Notes under the pieces: model-generated
Told to the model about the DNA's origin: nothing
Databases searched by the model: none
What the model saw: only the letters and a program-made list of their open reading frames with translations
Shown: piece after piece, positions 51,933-64,000 of the stretch
Layout of the letters: each line of letters starts with the position of its first letter
How positions within the stretch are numbered: the stretch's first letter is position 1
DNA from: Lama glama
Lineage: Eukaryota
DNA length: 64,000 bases
Reading direction: 5' to 3'
Assembly: GCA_028534125.1 (NCBI GenBank)
Contig: CM052816.1
Location: 85,066,001 to 85,130,000 of the forward strand
Made by a program: the position numbers and the translations under genes

Positions 51933-54304
51933 AAAACAGAATAAAATGTTTCATACAATGTTATATTAAAATAGAGAAACGTTGAATGCTTCCTCCTTCT
52001 CGGGGTGGCAGGCCCCTTTACACCAGAGTCAGGAGTGATGTTAGTAATGACTGAATATCTGCAATTAGATAACCCTTACAAGAAATGTATGAATGCGTCA
52101 TATTTTGTCAAACAATGTAATCCAGAGCTTTGTCTCATTCTGATAAAAGTTACTTCCAATAGAAAGTGCATTTTTGAAAGGATTCATAGGAAATGATATG
52201 GTTTTAAAGACATTTTCTTTTACCTTTGCTTCCGTTGAGAGAGAATGACTAGGAAATTTAAAAGTGTGCATTTTCCTCTGGGTTTCAAAAGGTTATCTTT
52301 AGGTTGATTTTAGGCCCTGTAAAATGTTGATAACAGCCTGTCAGAGTTGATGTATTTACACTGATTTTCCATTGGGTAAGCTACACACATATTGTGTGAA
52401 GTGAAGGTCCTTAGAGTATACTTCAGAACATTTTTGAACAAATCGTTATTTTGGAAAAATAAAATAAAATGAGCCAACAACTTGCCTACCAATAGCCTGA
52501 AAATGTTACCACTTTTTAAAAATCTTGCTTTGATCAGGTGATTATACAATGAACATCAGGAAATTTTGAAGTTGAAGAAATGTATTTAGATTCTTCACTA
52601 TCCTATGGGTAGGTGGATTTTGCAGTGGGAGGACAAATGTCCTACAAAGAAGAAGAAATATTAAGGATTACATCAGCACTTAAAATACACAGAAAAATTC
52701 AGATTTTAAATATCCCTCACTTTTAGAATATAACCTTTCAACTATGATGGCAAAAATACATTTTTACACATTTGGTGTATATAGTTGTATTTTTATTATT
52801 GATTTTCCTTAAAAATTAAATGAGGAAGAGGGATAGTTAGCTATGTCTACATAGAAATAACCCAAAAGCTATAAACCCTAGGCACAAGGTGCAGGTACCA
52901 TTGTTGAACGATCAAGAAAACTGAGAGGACACAGGAGGGATAAAAATGCCGATACTATTGAGACCTGACCCATAATTTGGAGTATGTGCAAACAGGCTTC
53001 TCAGAGCACACAAAAGAGACAAAGCTTTTGTTCAAAAAGAGCTAGAACTCTCAATCTAATTCTGTAGCAGCGCTTTTTCTGTATGTGTAGGAGTACATAA
53101 TGTTGTAGAATCATTAAAGCAATGCAAATGTAAAAGTGTCCTTTTGGAATTCTAGGGAAGTATTCTTCCTGATGTGCACTGTAAAATTACTTTATTCATT
53201 AGCTTTCGATGACTATATATAGATCTCTCACACAAAATCCTTCTGGGGATGTTAAACTGAAAACCATTTGGATAATATCATATAAGTCTATTAACATCAG
53301 AAAAATCTGTACTTATATATTTCATTACATTTTATTTTTCTTTATTTCCATCTATCTTTTCAGTGATATTCTTTTTCCCATGAATTACTTCAAATTTTGC
53401 TTCTGGGATTTTGCTATCATTTGCTTATAATTCTCTAACTTACCTGTAGAACTCTTGAGATTATCAAGGCTACAGTTGTGATTTTTAAAATAAACTCTGT
53501 GTTGTTTCTATAGACTTTAAAATAACATTTCCAACTGAAAAAGCATTTTCTCTAGGTTAACATACAGCTGATATTTGGTCATTACTGATATTCCCAAGCT
53601 TTTGTTTATTTTAGTTACGTAAGCTATTCAAGAATGTCATCCTTTAAATTCTGCTTATACCATTATTTTAAGCACTAAGCTTAGATTTCAGTATATTTTC
53701 ATTAAAGACCATGAAAAGAGTAAAAAAGAAAATCAAGTGAAGGAACCATAGGAAATATAAAGTACTAACAAAAAATTCCTAAGTGAAGCCTATCTCTACC
53801 TTTTTATTAATATTTTCTATAGACATTATCTTTTTAGTGTTATATATGAAAATATGTTTGAATATTTAAGACAGCTACATAATTAAAATATTACCACAAG
53901 GTTTCTGTGTTTTTGTAATCATTATTAACAATTTATTTTGCAAACTACCCTTTTAAACTAACCACTAGAAAACTTTTTAAAATTTAGTTTTACCTCCAAT
54001 TTGTGCTCTTCTGACACATTGTAAAATACTGGTACAAAGGAAACAAAAATAAATCTTCAATTTTCAGGAGGTCCTGAAGCACTGTCCACCACAAATACAT
54101 ACTTCAAAAAAAAATAATTATCTTTTCCAGTAAAGGGAAAACAAATCTAGGCAATCAGAAAAAAAAAATCAAAAGAACTAATAAACCATCTTGCACTAAG
54201 CAAAATAAACAAAGAAAGTAAAACAAAAACATGCTTAATACTATTTATAATAATAGGTAGAGTTATTAAATGCCTTGTGTATTAGACATAGCTCTGGATA
54301 CTTA

Positions 54305-54644
54305 GGTCATTTCTTCAGATTTTACTGAGTACTTATAATAGACATTATGTTAGGTGTTAAACATGAAACTAAACAAAACAGACATGATTTCCAACTTGAC
54401 AATAACAAAAACACAGCTGGCAGTAAAGATAACCATCTATTGCTACGAACTCCAATATAAAATAGTCAAGATACCATATGAACATGTAAGTGGGCATTTA
54501 GTCCACGTACAGGGGATCAGATGAGTTCTGAAGAGTAAGTAAGTATCAGGTAAAGAGAGGGTACTACTGAACCAAGGTGTCAGGGATGGAGGCAAGAAAA
54601 GTATCCAGATGGAGGAAAAGACAAATATAAGAGGTACAAAGTCC
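54305..54644 (-). mobile_element. L2 3' region
   Basis: ttttactgagtacttataatgacattatgttaggtgtt...aaacaaaacagacatgatttcc...tccagatggaggaaaagac. Confidence 0.65.
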
Positions 54645-55170
54645 TATGAAGGGTTTGAGATTTTATCCCATCTGCAAGCTAACAAGTTAGCCTGCTGTGG
54701 TATGAATGCTAACAAAAAGGGGAGTACATAATTCCTGGATCAGGGAAAAAGAATGTTATTCTAGTATAGCCACTGAAGTCCATGGTGCGGGAGAGGGGAG
54801 GTGGCTAGAATGGACACCAGGGTTGCTGCTCACACAGTGGGTTTGCATGGCAGGTGAGGAACACCAACCTCACAAAACTTCAGTCCTGTTATGGGCTACA
54901 AACCCTTAGAGAGAGAGAGAGATACAATAATTATTATACTGGACAGCAAACAGATGTGTCCTCAGTTCTGGAGGCAGACACTGCAGCTCCTAAGGCTGTT
55001 CACTATACAATCTTGAGAAGTTACTCTTACACAAAAGATTTAAAAAAAAAAAAAGAGTACCTTTATTTGCAAGATGTGCAGAAAGAGAGACTATGCTTTG
55101 GTATGACTTCTGTAGTATCAGAAGTATCTTTTCCCTGGAAGACTGAAAGAATTCATCCATGACTATAACT
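54645..55170 (-). mobile_element. ERV-L class LTR (MER74-like)
   Basis: tgaagggtttgagattttatcccatctgcaagctaacaagttagcctgc terminus. Confidence 0.7.
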
Positions 55171-55229
55171 AAATGTATCCCTTTGGGCCACAGCCTGGAA
55201 ATAGTACTCTGATGACTGTCCCAAATTCT

Positions 55230-55600
55230 TTCACTGTTAGGGTCTGTTGAGGTTTCTGATCTCTCTTGAGATACATTTTTATAATTCACATTTTCCCAGG
55301 AAATCATCGCTTTCAATGAGACATTAAAATGCACTTGCATAAGATTTTATGAAGTGTTTTTATAATACTTTTAATTTCCTCTTTCAGGGAATAGTATTCC
55401 CCTTTTGTTTCTAATTTTTAGTGTTTGTACCTATTCCTTCTTTCCCTTTGGGTTTCAAAAATTTATTTTTATAAAGAGCTTTTGAAGTTTTAAACAAGTT
55501 CTGATCTCCCTTATTTTTATCTGTCAAATAATATTTTCTGATTTTGTTTTTATTATTTCATCTTTGTTCACTTTTTAAACTGTTATTTCGATGCTTAAAT
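55230..55600 (-). mobile_element. old L1 ORF2 fragment
   Basis: tagggtctgttgaggtttctgatctctcttgag...ttttctgattttgtttttattatttc. Confidence 0.5.
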
Positions 55601-55759
55601 AATTTATTTAATCACTGGTGATCCATTCCATTTCTTACATCTCTAAATGCTCCCATTGTGGTAGTTTTTGTTTTTGCTTTTGTTTTTTCCTAATTGGGAT
55701 TTGAGTTTTCTAAGATATCTTCTATTTTAGATAAAACCTCAATCTATTTTAGGTAAAAC

Positions 55760-56645
55760 CTCTCCTGCTGCTGTTTTATTTCTTTTCTCTCTCTTACAAG
55801 CAATCTTCAAGCAAGAATGGTCTACACTTAGTCTCTACTTCTCCCAGCCATTTTGTCTTCAAGTATTTGCCTTCTAATCTGACTTCTGTCTACATTAGTC
55901 CTCTACACTCAGTGGAAATCTGTCTTATCTATTCTGACTCTCCTTGTTTAGATCAACCTATCCAGCCTCTGAATGTTGAATTATATAAAGGCTCAACTCA
56001 TCTCAACAAGGTTCTGTTTCTAGACAAAGTCATTCACTTCTTGATGGTACCAAGATTCTTATCTCTAGCCTAGATCCCTGAACTCTGAATGTCCATAATC
56101 AAACATTAATATTTCTACTTGATGTCCGAAGAAATTGTAGATTCAACTTATCCAAATGATATTATAATTTCTATCATTCTTCCAACTCCAAATTTACTCC
56201 TGCTTCTGTGTATTCTATCTCAAAATTGGTAAAAACAAACATTCATCAAGTTTCTAAGTTATAAATTTAGGAGTTGTTACTATTAATATTTTCATTTCCT
56301 TCAACTAGCATTTTCCACCTACCACTATATTCTGTCAATTTTATTTCCTGATTCCATCATTTTTTGGTCAGTTTCCACCAAGATTTCTATATCTGAACCA
56401 TGATCTTCCAATAGGAGTAACTGCAATTATTTTCATACGTTTCTATTTTCATTCAAATGTTGGTCTGTTTTCCATTTCCCACATTTTAGCAGTGTAATCT
56501 TTTTACAATGTGCAGTTGATTAATGATGCATTCCTCATTAGGTATAAACATTTTATGAGGGCAGAAACTGTAAATGTTTTCACCCAGTTTTTCTTTTGCT
56601 TCCTAGAACAGTACCTAATAAAGATACTGGTGCCAATATCAATTA
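55760..56645 (+). mobile_element. L2 LINE, fragmented
   Basis: tatctctagcctagatccctgaactctgaat, attcaacttatccaaa, ttatgagggcagaaactgt...cctagaacagtacct. Confidence 0.7.
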
Positions 56646-57139
56646 AATTTCTACCTATTTTCTTTATGTCAGTGCTGTTCAAGTCACTGGTTAAAAATGC
56701 AAGTAAACTATGGCCCGAGTTTTCAGGGAAGTCTCCGTCTTATAGCAGATTAGTAACACTGAATTTGTAGACATTGCTTGTCAATGGAGAAAGACTGGCC
56801 AACCTCAAGTATCTTCATTGAATGCTGTCATCTTCTGGTAACCTCTTCATTCAAAGGTCTAGTCAGCTACTCTAGACAAATATAAGTAAGTTCTGCTCAT
56901 TTATGATTTAGACTGAGCCAACTGATTCTTTTAATTGAGACTTTTCCTGGAGTTATTCTAAGGTGGAAAACTTATGTAGAACAATAAAGTATGTGGGAAA
57001 AAGATGTCTAGTTCTTAAACTTAATCTCTTCTATCCTGGCTTCCAATGTGTGGTAAAATCATATCTCTTCCATAGTGACACCATTGATACATCTTTTTTT
57101 TTTTTAAATGGGTCTCTGGATGCAGCCAAATCTCTAAGA

Positions 57140-57314
57140 CAGTGGTTCTCAAATTTTAGAGGGCATCAGAATCACCTGATGGGTTTGCTAACACATAGAT
57201 TGCTGGTCTCTACCATGGTGTTTCTGCTTCAGTATGTTGGGAGGAGGGGATGATAATTTGATTTTCTAAAAAGATCCCAGATAATGTTAGGGAATTGTAC
57301 TTTGAAAAACACTG
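57140..57314 (+). mobile_element. MER5A hAT-Charlie MITE
   Basis: TIRs cagtggttctcaaa / tttgaaaaacactg; internal gcatcagaatcacctg...acacatagattgctgg. Confidence 0.9.
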
Positions 57315-57610
57315 ATTTAAATCACACACACAAAATTTTAGATCTGTGGAAATATCTTATATTTTCCCTACCTTTTATTTAGGCATGAGAGGCATGCTGA
57401 TATTCACTGGGAATTCTTCAGGTTAATCATTGTTAGGACTCTCATTTAAGATTCTCAATCTAAGCCCCAATAGTCTAGGAATATATGGAGGGCATTCAAT
57501 TTTCCAGAACTCTAGAGGAAAGCATAACAACCCTTTAACTTTAGAATCTCTAAAATGCATCAGGAGATTCTATCAGCCATTAAAATACTGCTCCACTCAT
57601 TCTTTCTAAA

Positions 57611-57648
<38 letters not shown>
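57611..57648. repeat. (CA)n microsatellite
   Basis: Direct reading. Confidence 0.9.
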
Positions 57649-57649
<1 letters not shown>

Positions 57650-57859
57650 GCCACTAAATTAAATGTAATGCTGGTAATAAGGCAGGATAGACAGGTCTGT
57701 TTTATAGTCTTTTTCTGTTCCCAAATGAATAATTCAAAGTGAAATAATAAAATATAATCAACTAAAATGCATACACAGATGGAGAAATATGGGATCATTT
57801 AACTGGATCTAATAAAAACAACAATGAATGGTAAGATGCTATATTTAAAGCACAGATAA

Positions 57860-59480
57860 TACATATTGAAGGATAAACTATTTAAAATATAGACAAAGAT
57901 TGTCAGACTGTTGAAAAATAAGCCCATGTACATGTAGCTTAAAATATTTCTTTTATATAAGAACATAGAAAAGCTGAGATTAAAACAATGAGAAAAGAAA
58001 TATCACATAAACCCTATAAAAATTTGGTACAGTTATATTGATACAAATCTATAGTCATGATAAAGTTTTAACATACCTCTCTTAGAAACTAATGCAACAA
58101 GCACACAGAAAGGATACTGAAGATTTGGCCAACATACATAATAAATTGAGATATATACCACTAAAATCATCAACTGAACACCACCCATTCAGTTGGAACA
58201 ATAACTAAATTGACCACAAGCAGGGCATAAACCATTCTCTATGGTTTTCAGGGAAATGCAGTCTTAATAAGTATTATCTCTGACCATGGTAGGGTTATAT
58301 TTGAGATTAAAACAATAAAATGAGCAGAAAATGCAAGTATATTCTAAAATTAAAGCATCTCCCTTAAAAAACACATGCTCCAAAGACAACATAGCAAAAA
58401 ATTAGAAAAAAAAATGTATTGCATTTAAAAAAGAAATATTTATCAGGGAGAAAAGAAAATTAAGAAAGAGTATGATTTTTTTCAAAACATTAGGAAAAAA
58501 ACAAATTCTTGACTAAAGAGATTAAAATTTAAAGGAAGGAATTATAGGAGGCATTGAAGATCACTGTCATAAATTGAGAAAAAGGCTCTATAGATCCTCA
58601 ACATTGAAAAGCAAAATGAGACTTCAGTTAGACAAACTTTGGGAAATATATTTGAAAATTTTAGCTGGAATGGAACATTTTCTGGAAAAATAAATATTAA
58701 AGTAGCTCCAATATAAGAAAATCTAAATTGTTTTATATACATTAAGTAAATTGAGTTATAGTGAAAGCTTTTCCACCAAGAAAACTGACAGCTCAATAGT
58801 TTCACCAGTAAATTCTATTAAACATGTAGGGAAAAAAATATTTACTTTAGAGATGCTATTTGGGATTAGAAGATTAAGGAATATTTTTTATCTCTAATTA
58901 TAAGGTTTTCTTGACATAAATGTCACAGGCCAATTCCATTCCCAAGCCCTGAAACAAAAATCATATACAAAATGTTAATAAATATTTTTTACATTTATGG
59001 TCAAAAATACTACACCACTCTCTAGATGCATTCATTTCAGGAATTCATGTTGATTAATTAATTAAAATTCACTATTATAACAGAAGAAAGGAGGTAAATT
59101 ACATAATCATCGTGAGAAATGCAAAAAATAATTAACAAAAATTAAAAACTATCATGTTTTTTGAGCCAGCTAGAAATACATGGGATGTCTTTAATTTGAT
59201 AACCTATGGAAATATTATATTTAACATTAAAACAATGAAATTGTTTTCCCTGAGACAGGATTAGGACGCTGTTCTGTTATGATTTCCGTTCAAGACTACA
59301 GAAAATTCTACCTGGTTCAATAAAGCAAGAAAAACAATTAAAAGCTTTAGGAATTTGAAAGGAAGAATGTAATTATTTTCACAGATGATAGTATTGAGTA
59401 CTTAGAAAATAAAAAATGTTTTGATTTTAATAAACTTTAGCTGTTTAGCAATGATGCCAGATAAAAGGTTTATATGAATA
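57860..59480 (+). mobile_element. very old L1 ORF2 remnant
   Basis: agacaaagattgtcagactg, tctctgaccatggtagg, atagtttcaccagtaaattctattaaacat, ttattttcacagatgatagtattgagtacttagaaaat (FADD region). Confidence 0.75.
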
Positions 59481-60000
59481 AGCCATGTGTGTTCACATGT
59501 GTGTATGCATATATGCATGTGTATGTACATATATATACATATACATTTGTATATATTCATAGGCTAAGTATATTATACATATATTATATAGTAAACATAT
59601 AATTCTTCAATCTAAGAAAAGTGATAAGCTATGTGAAACCTATGTTTTCATTTTCAATTGTAAGTGCTCCATCATACTGTGGGCTTGTTTTGAACTAAGA
59701 TCCAGTAATTTTTTAAATGAACTTTGGCAAAACCATTCTGTTTCTCCTAAACTCAATTCAGCAGGGATTTCTGTAGCCCTTAAAATATCACAATACTTAA
59801 GTCATCATCACCATCTAGGCAAAGGTATAACATCATGGCAATAAGAGGTTGCAGGTAACATGAAGAAAATCAATGTTAAGGGGGACTACAACTAGAAGCT
59901 AGGCCATAGGAGAAGGGTACCTGCTCATCACTGACAAGGGATTGAAAGCTGAGTTAATTAAAATAGTTTAAATTGAGTAGCAAAATATTTATGTCAAAAT

Positions 60001-60138
60001 ACCTTTATTGTGGTATGATTCTTGTACAGTAAACTACACATATTTCAGATGCACAATTCGATGAATTTTGATAGGTGTATACACCAATGAAACCACCACC
60101 CAATCAAGATAGCTAACATTTGCACCACTCCCCAAGAG
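60001..60138 (-). mobile_element. L1MB/L1ME-type 3' terminus
   Basis: ctttattgtggtatgatt...cacaattcgatgaattttgata...gaaaccaccacccaatcaagatag. Confidence 0.8.
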
Positions 60139-60744
60139 ATACAATACATATGAATAGGCATGATGCATACCATTTGGCCCAGTATATTATAAAGTAGTTC
60201 AAATAGGTCACCAGGGATTCAGATGGCAAGCTTAACCAAGAATACTACTTTAACCTGCTAATTCTGGGAGTCAGTTCAGAAAATAGATCAGTTAAGACAT
60301 AAAACACTGGGCGAAGATATGGCTAGATTCTGGGATTTTAAGCCAAACTGGAATTGATACGTAACACAGGGCATGTGGATTAGTTTATCAATAAAGGTAC
60401 AGGGAGCAAGGTATAGGCTATGTGGGAAAACAGGCAGAAGCGAGTCTAAGAACACAGACAGATCTTGGATCAAAAGTTTATGTTTAACATGAAAGGTCCA
60501 AAATTTCTTTGAATATTTATACAGCTAATCTTCAAAGACAGATTCTTTACTTCGATACTTTGCCAAAGGCAAAAGAATAATGACACACTGAATGGCTTAA
60601 TATCAGCTTAAATAAATACAATATTATGAGTATCTAAAAGTTCTTCGAATTAATTTATTTTTTAAAAGCTGAAGATATATTGGAAACATTTAAAAAATAT
60701 TAACATACAATAATATCCAAGTGCACTTGTTGAAAACACCAAAT

Positions 60745-60940
60745 CTAGAATGACTACCTGGTCTCAAGTTCCACCTGCTCCATTTACTAATTTACTTCCT
60801 ATGGCATGGATTTCCCATTTGTAAAATTGATATAGGAATAGTCCTACCTCTTGGAGTGGTTGTGAGAACTAAAGGATTCAATAAATGAAAGCACTAAGAA
60901 TAGCACTGAGCATAGAGTAAATATTCTTCAAGTGTTGGAT
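60745..60940 (+). mobile_element. MIR SINE
   Basis: tttcccatttgtaaaattgatataggaatagtcctacctcttggagtggttgtgagaactaaa...aaagcactaagaatagcactg. Confidence 0.8.
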
Positions 60941-61718
60941 AGATCTTCCCAATGTAAAAAGAAATTGCAAAGGAAGTACTCATTTTTCACTGACATGGGA
61001 CAGCTGAATATCATTTCATAATCTAACTTGAACATATTCATAAATTATTACTTTGGGTAGTAAAATGTTTTTCATTTTATTTTTTGAAAATACACATTTA
61101 ATTTCCAATGTTTATAATAACATATCAAAGTAAATGGTCCTGGTGAAGTTAGGAAAAGAAATCACTGCTTTACATCATTTAGCTATAAGATATATTATTT
61201 AAGTCAATCAAATTGGATTCAAAGTAATGCATGCAAGGTGATACAAAACATAATCCATGTATAAAATAATCTATATTTTCTTAGTAACATTAAATTTCCT
61301 TAAATAGTTTAATTTTGACTGTTGCAATACAGTGTAGGCATCTTTTATTCAATATAATTAACTTCTTGTTGTGAGTGTATGTGCTTCAATAAAAATGTAA
61401 ACACTGATGTGAAAATATTCTTTACAAATATGATTTTTAAAATTTGCCTTTATTGGTTGAAGCTTTGATTTTGTACCGTTATAGTAAAATAATAGTAAGA
61501 TTAAAATAAAAGATCTTGTCTAATATCACTCTAAGAGTAACAAAGAAAAATTCAAGCATTATGTAAAAGTATATATGAAGAAATAAAAATGCATCCATAA
61601 GTTATTAAACTATCTAATTATGAAAGTAATACATATTCAGGATTAACAAGAAACTTGAGAGCAAATAGAAGTATTAAAGAAAAAAATGTTGTGATTCTAT
61701 GACCTAAAGAGTACTGAT

Positions 61719-61952
61719 TTTTTTTTAATTGAAGTATAGTCAGTTTACAATGTTGTGTAAATTTCTGGTGTACAGCACAATTGTTCAGTTATACATAAGT
61801 ATACTCATTTTCATATTATTTTTCACCTTGAGTTACTACAAGATAGTGAGTATTTCCCTGTGCTACATGGTATAGAATTGTCTGTCTGTTTTACATATAC
61901 CAGTCAGTATCTGCAAATCTTGAACTGCCAGTTTATCCTTTCCCACCCTGCC
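61719..61952 (-). mobile_element. short young L1 3' end insertion
   Basis: T-run then aattgaagtatagtcagtttacaatgttgtgtaaatttctggtgtacagc; perfect 13-bp TSD aaagagtactgat (61706-61718 and 61953-61965). Confidence 0.93.
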
Positions 61953-62092
61953 AAAGAGTACTGATACTAAAATTTGACTTATCTTTCCACTTTTAATAAA
62001 ATACATGCAACAAACATAGTATGACATCTATATCTATCTATGAAAAAATAATTACCTGAACCAAAGTATTACTATGCTAAAGACTGAGAAAC

Positions 62093-62109
62093 TGCGCGCG
62101 CGCGCGCGC

Positions 62110-62147
<38 letters not shown>

Positions 62148-62151
62148 ATGT
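62093..62151. repeat. compound (CG)8-TA-(TG)n alternating purine-pyrimidine tract
   Basis: Direct reading. Confidence 0.95.
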
Positions 62152-64000
62152 CTGTTCATTTACCTTAACCAAAGTAGGTGAAACATCTAGGGAGCATTCC
62201 TAAAAAATAATAGAAATCCCCAGCCCACCCCTTCCTCTATTCTGTTCCCTGGAATGAAGCTCTAATGGCTGGATCCGTCAATCATGTTGCACAATAAGGA
62301 TGAAGGCAACACCTGATATACTTGACCTGGGACTGTGGGAACTCAGTTCCATTCTTCATACCCGCCTTTACTGCTCAAAATGAAGAGAAGCTATATTCTG
62401 CTGACTGTACTTCCAAGAATCCTATATCACTCCTATTGAATATCAAAGTGTATTAAAATTATATTTATAACATACATGGATAATATATGCAAAGGATTAC
62501 ATATAATTTATATACATATTATACATATGTGTGTGTATATATAAAATATATATATATATATATATCCTCTAAACCTAAACATACAGTTGTGATAAATAAT
62601 TAGAAGCAGAGATTAATCATATGGAATTTTTTCCTCTATCATCTTATTTTCTTAAGTAATCCCAAATGTAAATTCATGGACTCATTATTTTTAAGCTATT
62701 TTTTTTCTAAATATTGCTAATTCACCTTTAGGATATTTTGTATATTAACTTTAATCTCATTGAACTTCTATTCTTAATCATTTTGATTTCAGCCATATAA
62801 AATGGTATAGCTTTCATTCCTTAGAAAATATGAAAATATAATTATACATACACAGTAATCACTTTTTTATTCCTTTTTTTTTTTTTTTGCAGTTGAGTGA
62901 ATATGTGTTTGACTGTTCAGCTGTCTATTTTTCTCCTATGGAGAGAGGTGCATAGGATTGATAAATAAGAGCAGAAAGACTCTCAGTTGTCTCAATATAT
63001 ACACATACACAAAATTCAAAGGATTTGAGCCAAAAATGAATACATTCCTTTAGTCAAATATCACCACAACCATAACCTACTATAAAATCTCACTTGATTT
63101 TGTTTTCTCAGAATAGAATTAAAAACTCTCCTCTGAGAGTTGACGCTTTATTTCAGTGTTAAAAAGAGACCTCTGAAAATAGCAATAGCGTTAAAGAAAT
63201 CAACAGCATTTACATTTTAATTGTTATTCACAGGATCAGGTTTGATTAAGTGTTAATGGACTTATCACTGGTCTTCAAATCATAGCAGATTATGAGATTT
63301 ATTAAATTGGCTGAATTGTTAACCTTTATTTACACTGTAAATAACTCAAACCCAAGTGACTATTTCATCATTTACATTTCCCCATAAACAACAACACTCC
63401 CACTCAAATGCAAGTATACTTTAATGGAGATAAAGCAATCTTTCAAAAATTTTAGTGGGCACATTTGTTTTCTAATAAGAATTACCATTATGTATCTTTA
63501 ATAGTGATTAATTTTTCATTATCTCAATGATGTAATCACCCTATAATTTGGATTATACATTAAGCTTTCTGATTATCATAAAGGATTCAGTGAACTCCTA
63601 CTTCCAGTTCAATTATTGCAACGATTTTAAACTCATGTAAAAGCTAATTATAAGACAGCATGAATAGCCAGAATGAATATAAATATCAGCAGTTCATGTT
63701 CTCACCACATGATTCTGTTAAACACTTGTTATAAATAACCAATTTTTTTTTTTTTAGTGTTGTTCAGGAAATGTGCTTATAGAGTGATTTCCGTTGTTAT
63801 AAAATCACAAGTGAATCATTCTATCTTCTATACCATTCTGCTACACATTTTCTTCTGAATTAAAGCTCACTTTCTCCACCTATTGTTACAACATTGAAGT
63901 TTATGGATTATGTGTATTTTGCTATAAATCCAAAGAATATTTGGTTAACTAGGGATAGAATAGTCATTAAATAGGTATGTCATTATGGATTGGAGGACAT

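Noticed and set aside
62871..62955. Poly-T plus gcag splice-acceptor-like site followed by a weak donor
   Set aside because: No open frame or partner exon; T-runs produce such sites by chance. It cannot be supported without transcript data.
1..64000. tRNA, rRNA, snRNA, NUMT or non-retroviral endogenous viral element
   Set aside because: None recognised by eye on either strand; a highly diverged one cannot be excluded without a search.

Overview
This is AT-rich, CpG-depleted mammalian genomic DNA (intergenic or deep intronic) with one 500-N assembly gap at 38338-38837. I found no protein-coding exon, RNA gene or CRISPR-like array that I can support. The ORF track consists of chance ORFs and fragments of L1 ORF2 and ERV-L reverse transcriptase. 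The window is a layered record of transposable elements. Ancient elements include MIR, L2, L1M, MLT1, LTR16/LTR40/MER54-74-type LTRs, MER5A, MER58A and Tigger. Younger elements are artiodactyl-type L1 3' ends and ERV1-type solo LTRs. The young L1 tails, with no recognisable ruminant, pig or cetacean SINE, suggest a camelid genome (inference). The most notable structures are: (1) a twin-primed, 5'-inverted L1 with its TSD at 42.5-43.8 kb; (2) a fragmented ERV-L gag-pro-pol fossil whose RT catalytic motif is split by a (TG)25 microsatellite; (3) a second, oppositely oriented ERV-L pro-RT fossil; (4) a convergent pair of same-family solo LTRs flanking a third LTR with an intact-looking promoter; (5) very short L1 tail insertions with TSDs. 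Repeat family names come from recalled consensus sequences, not a database search, and boundaries of old elements are approximate. I did not find convincing evidence of a new biological system.
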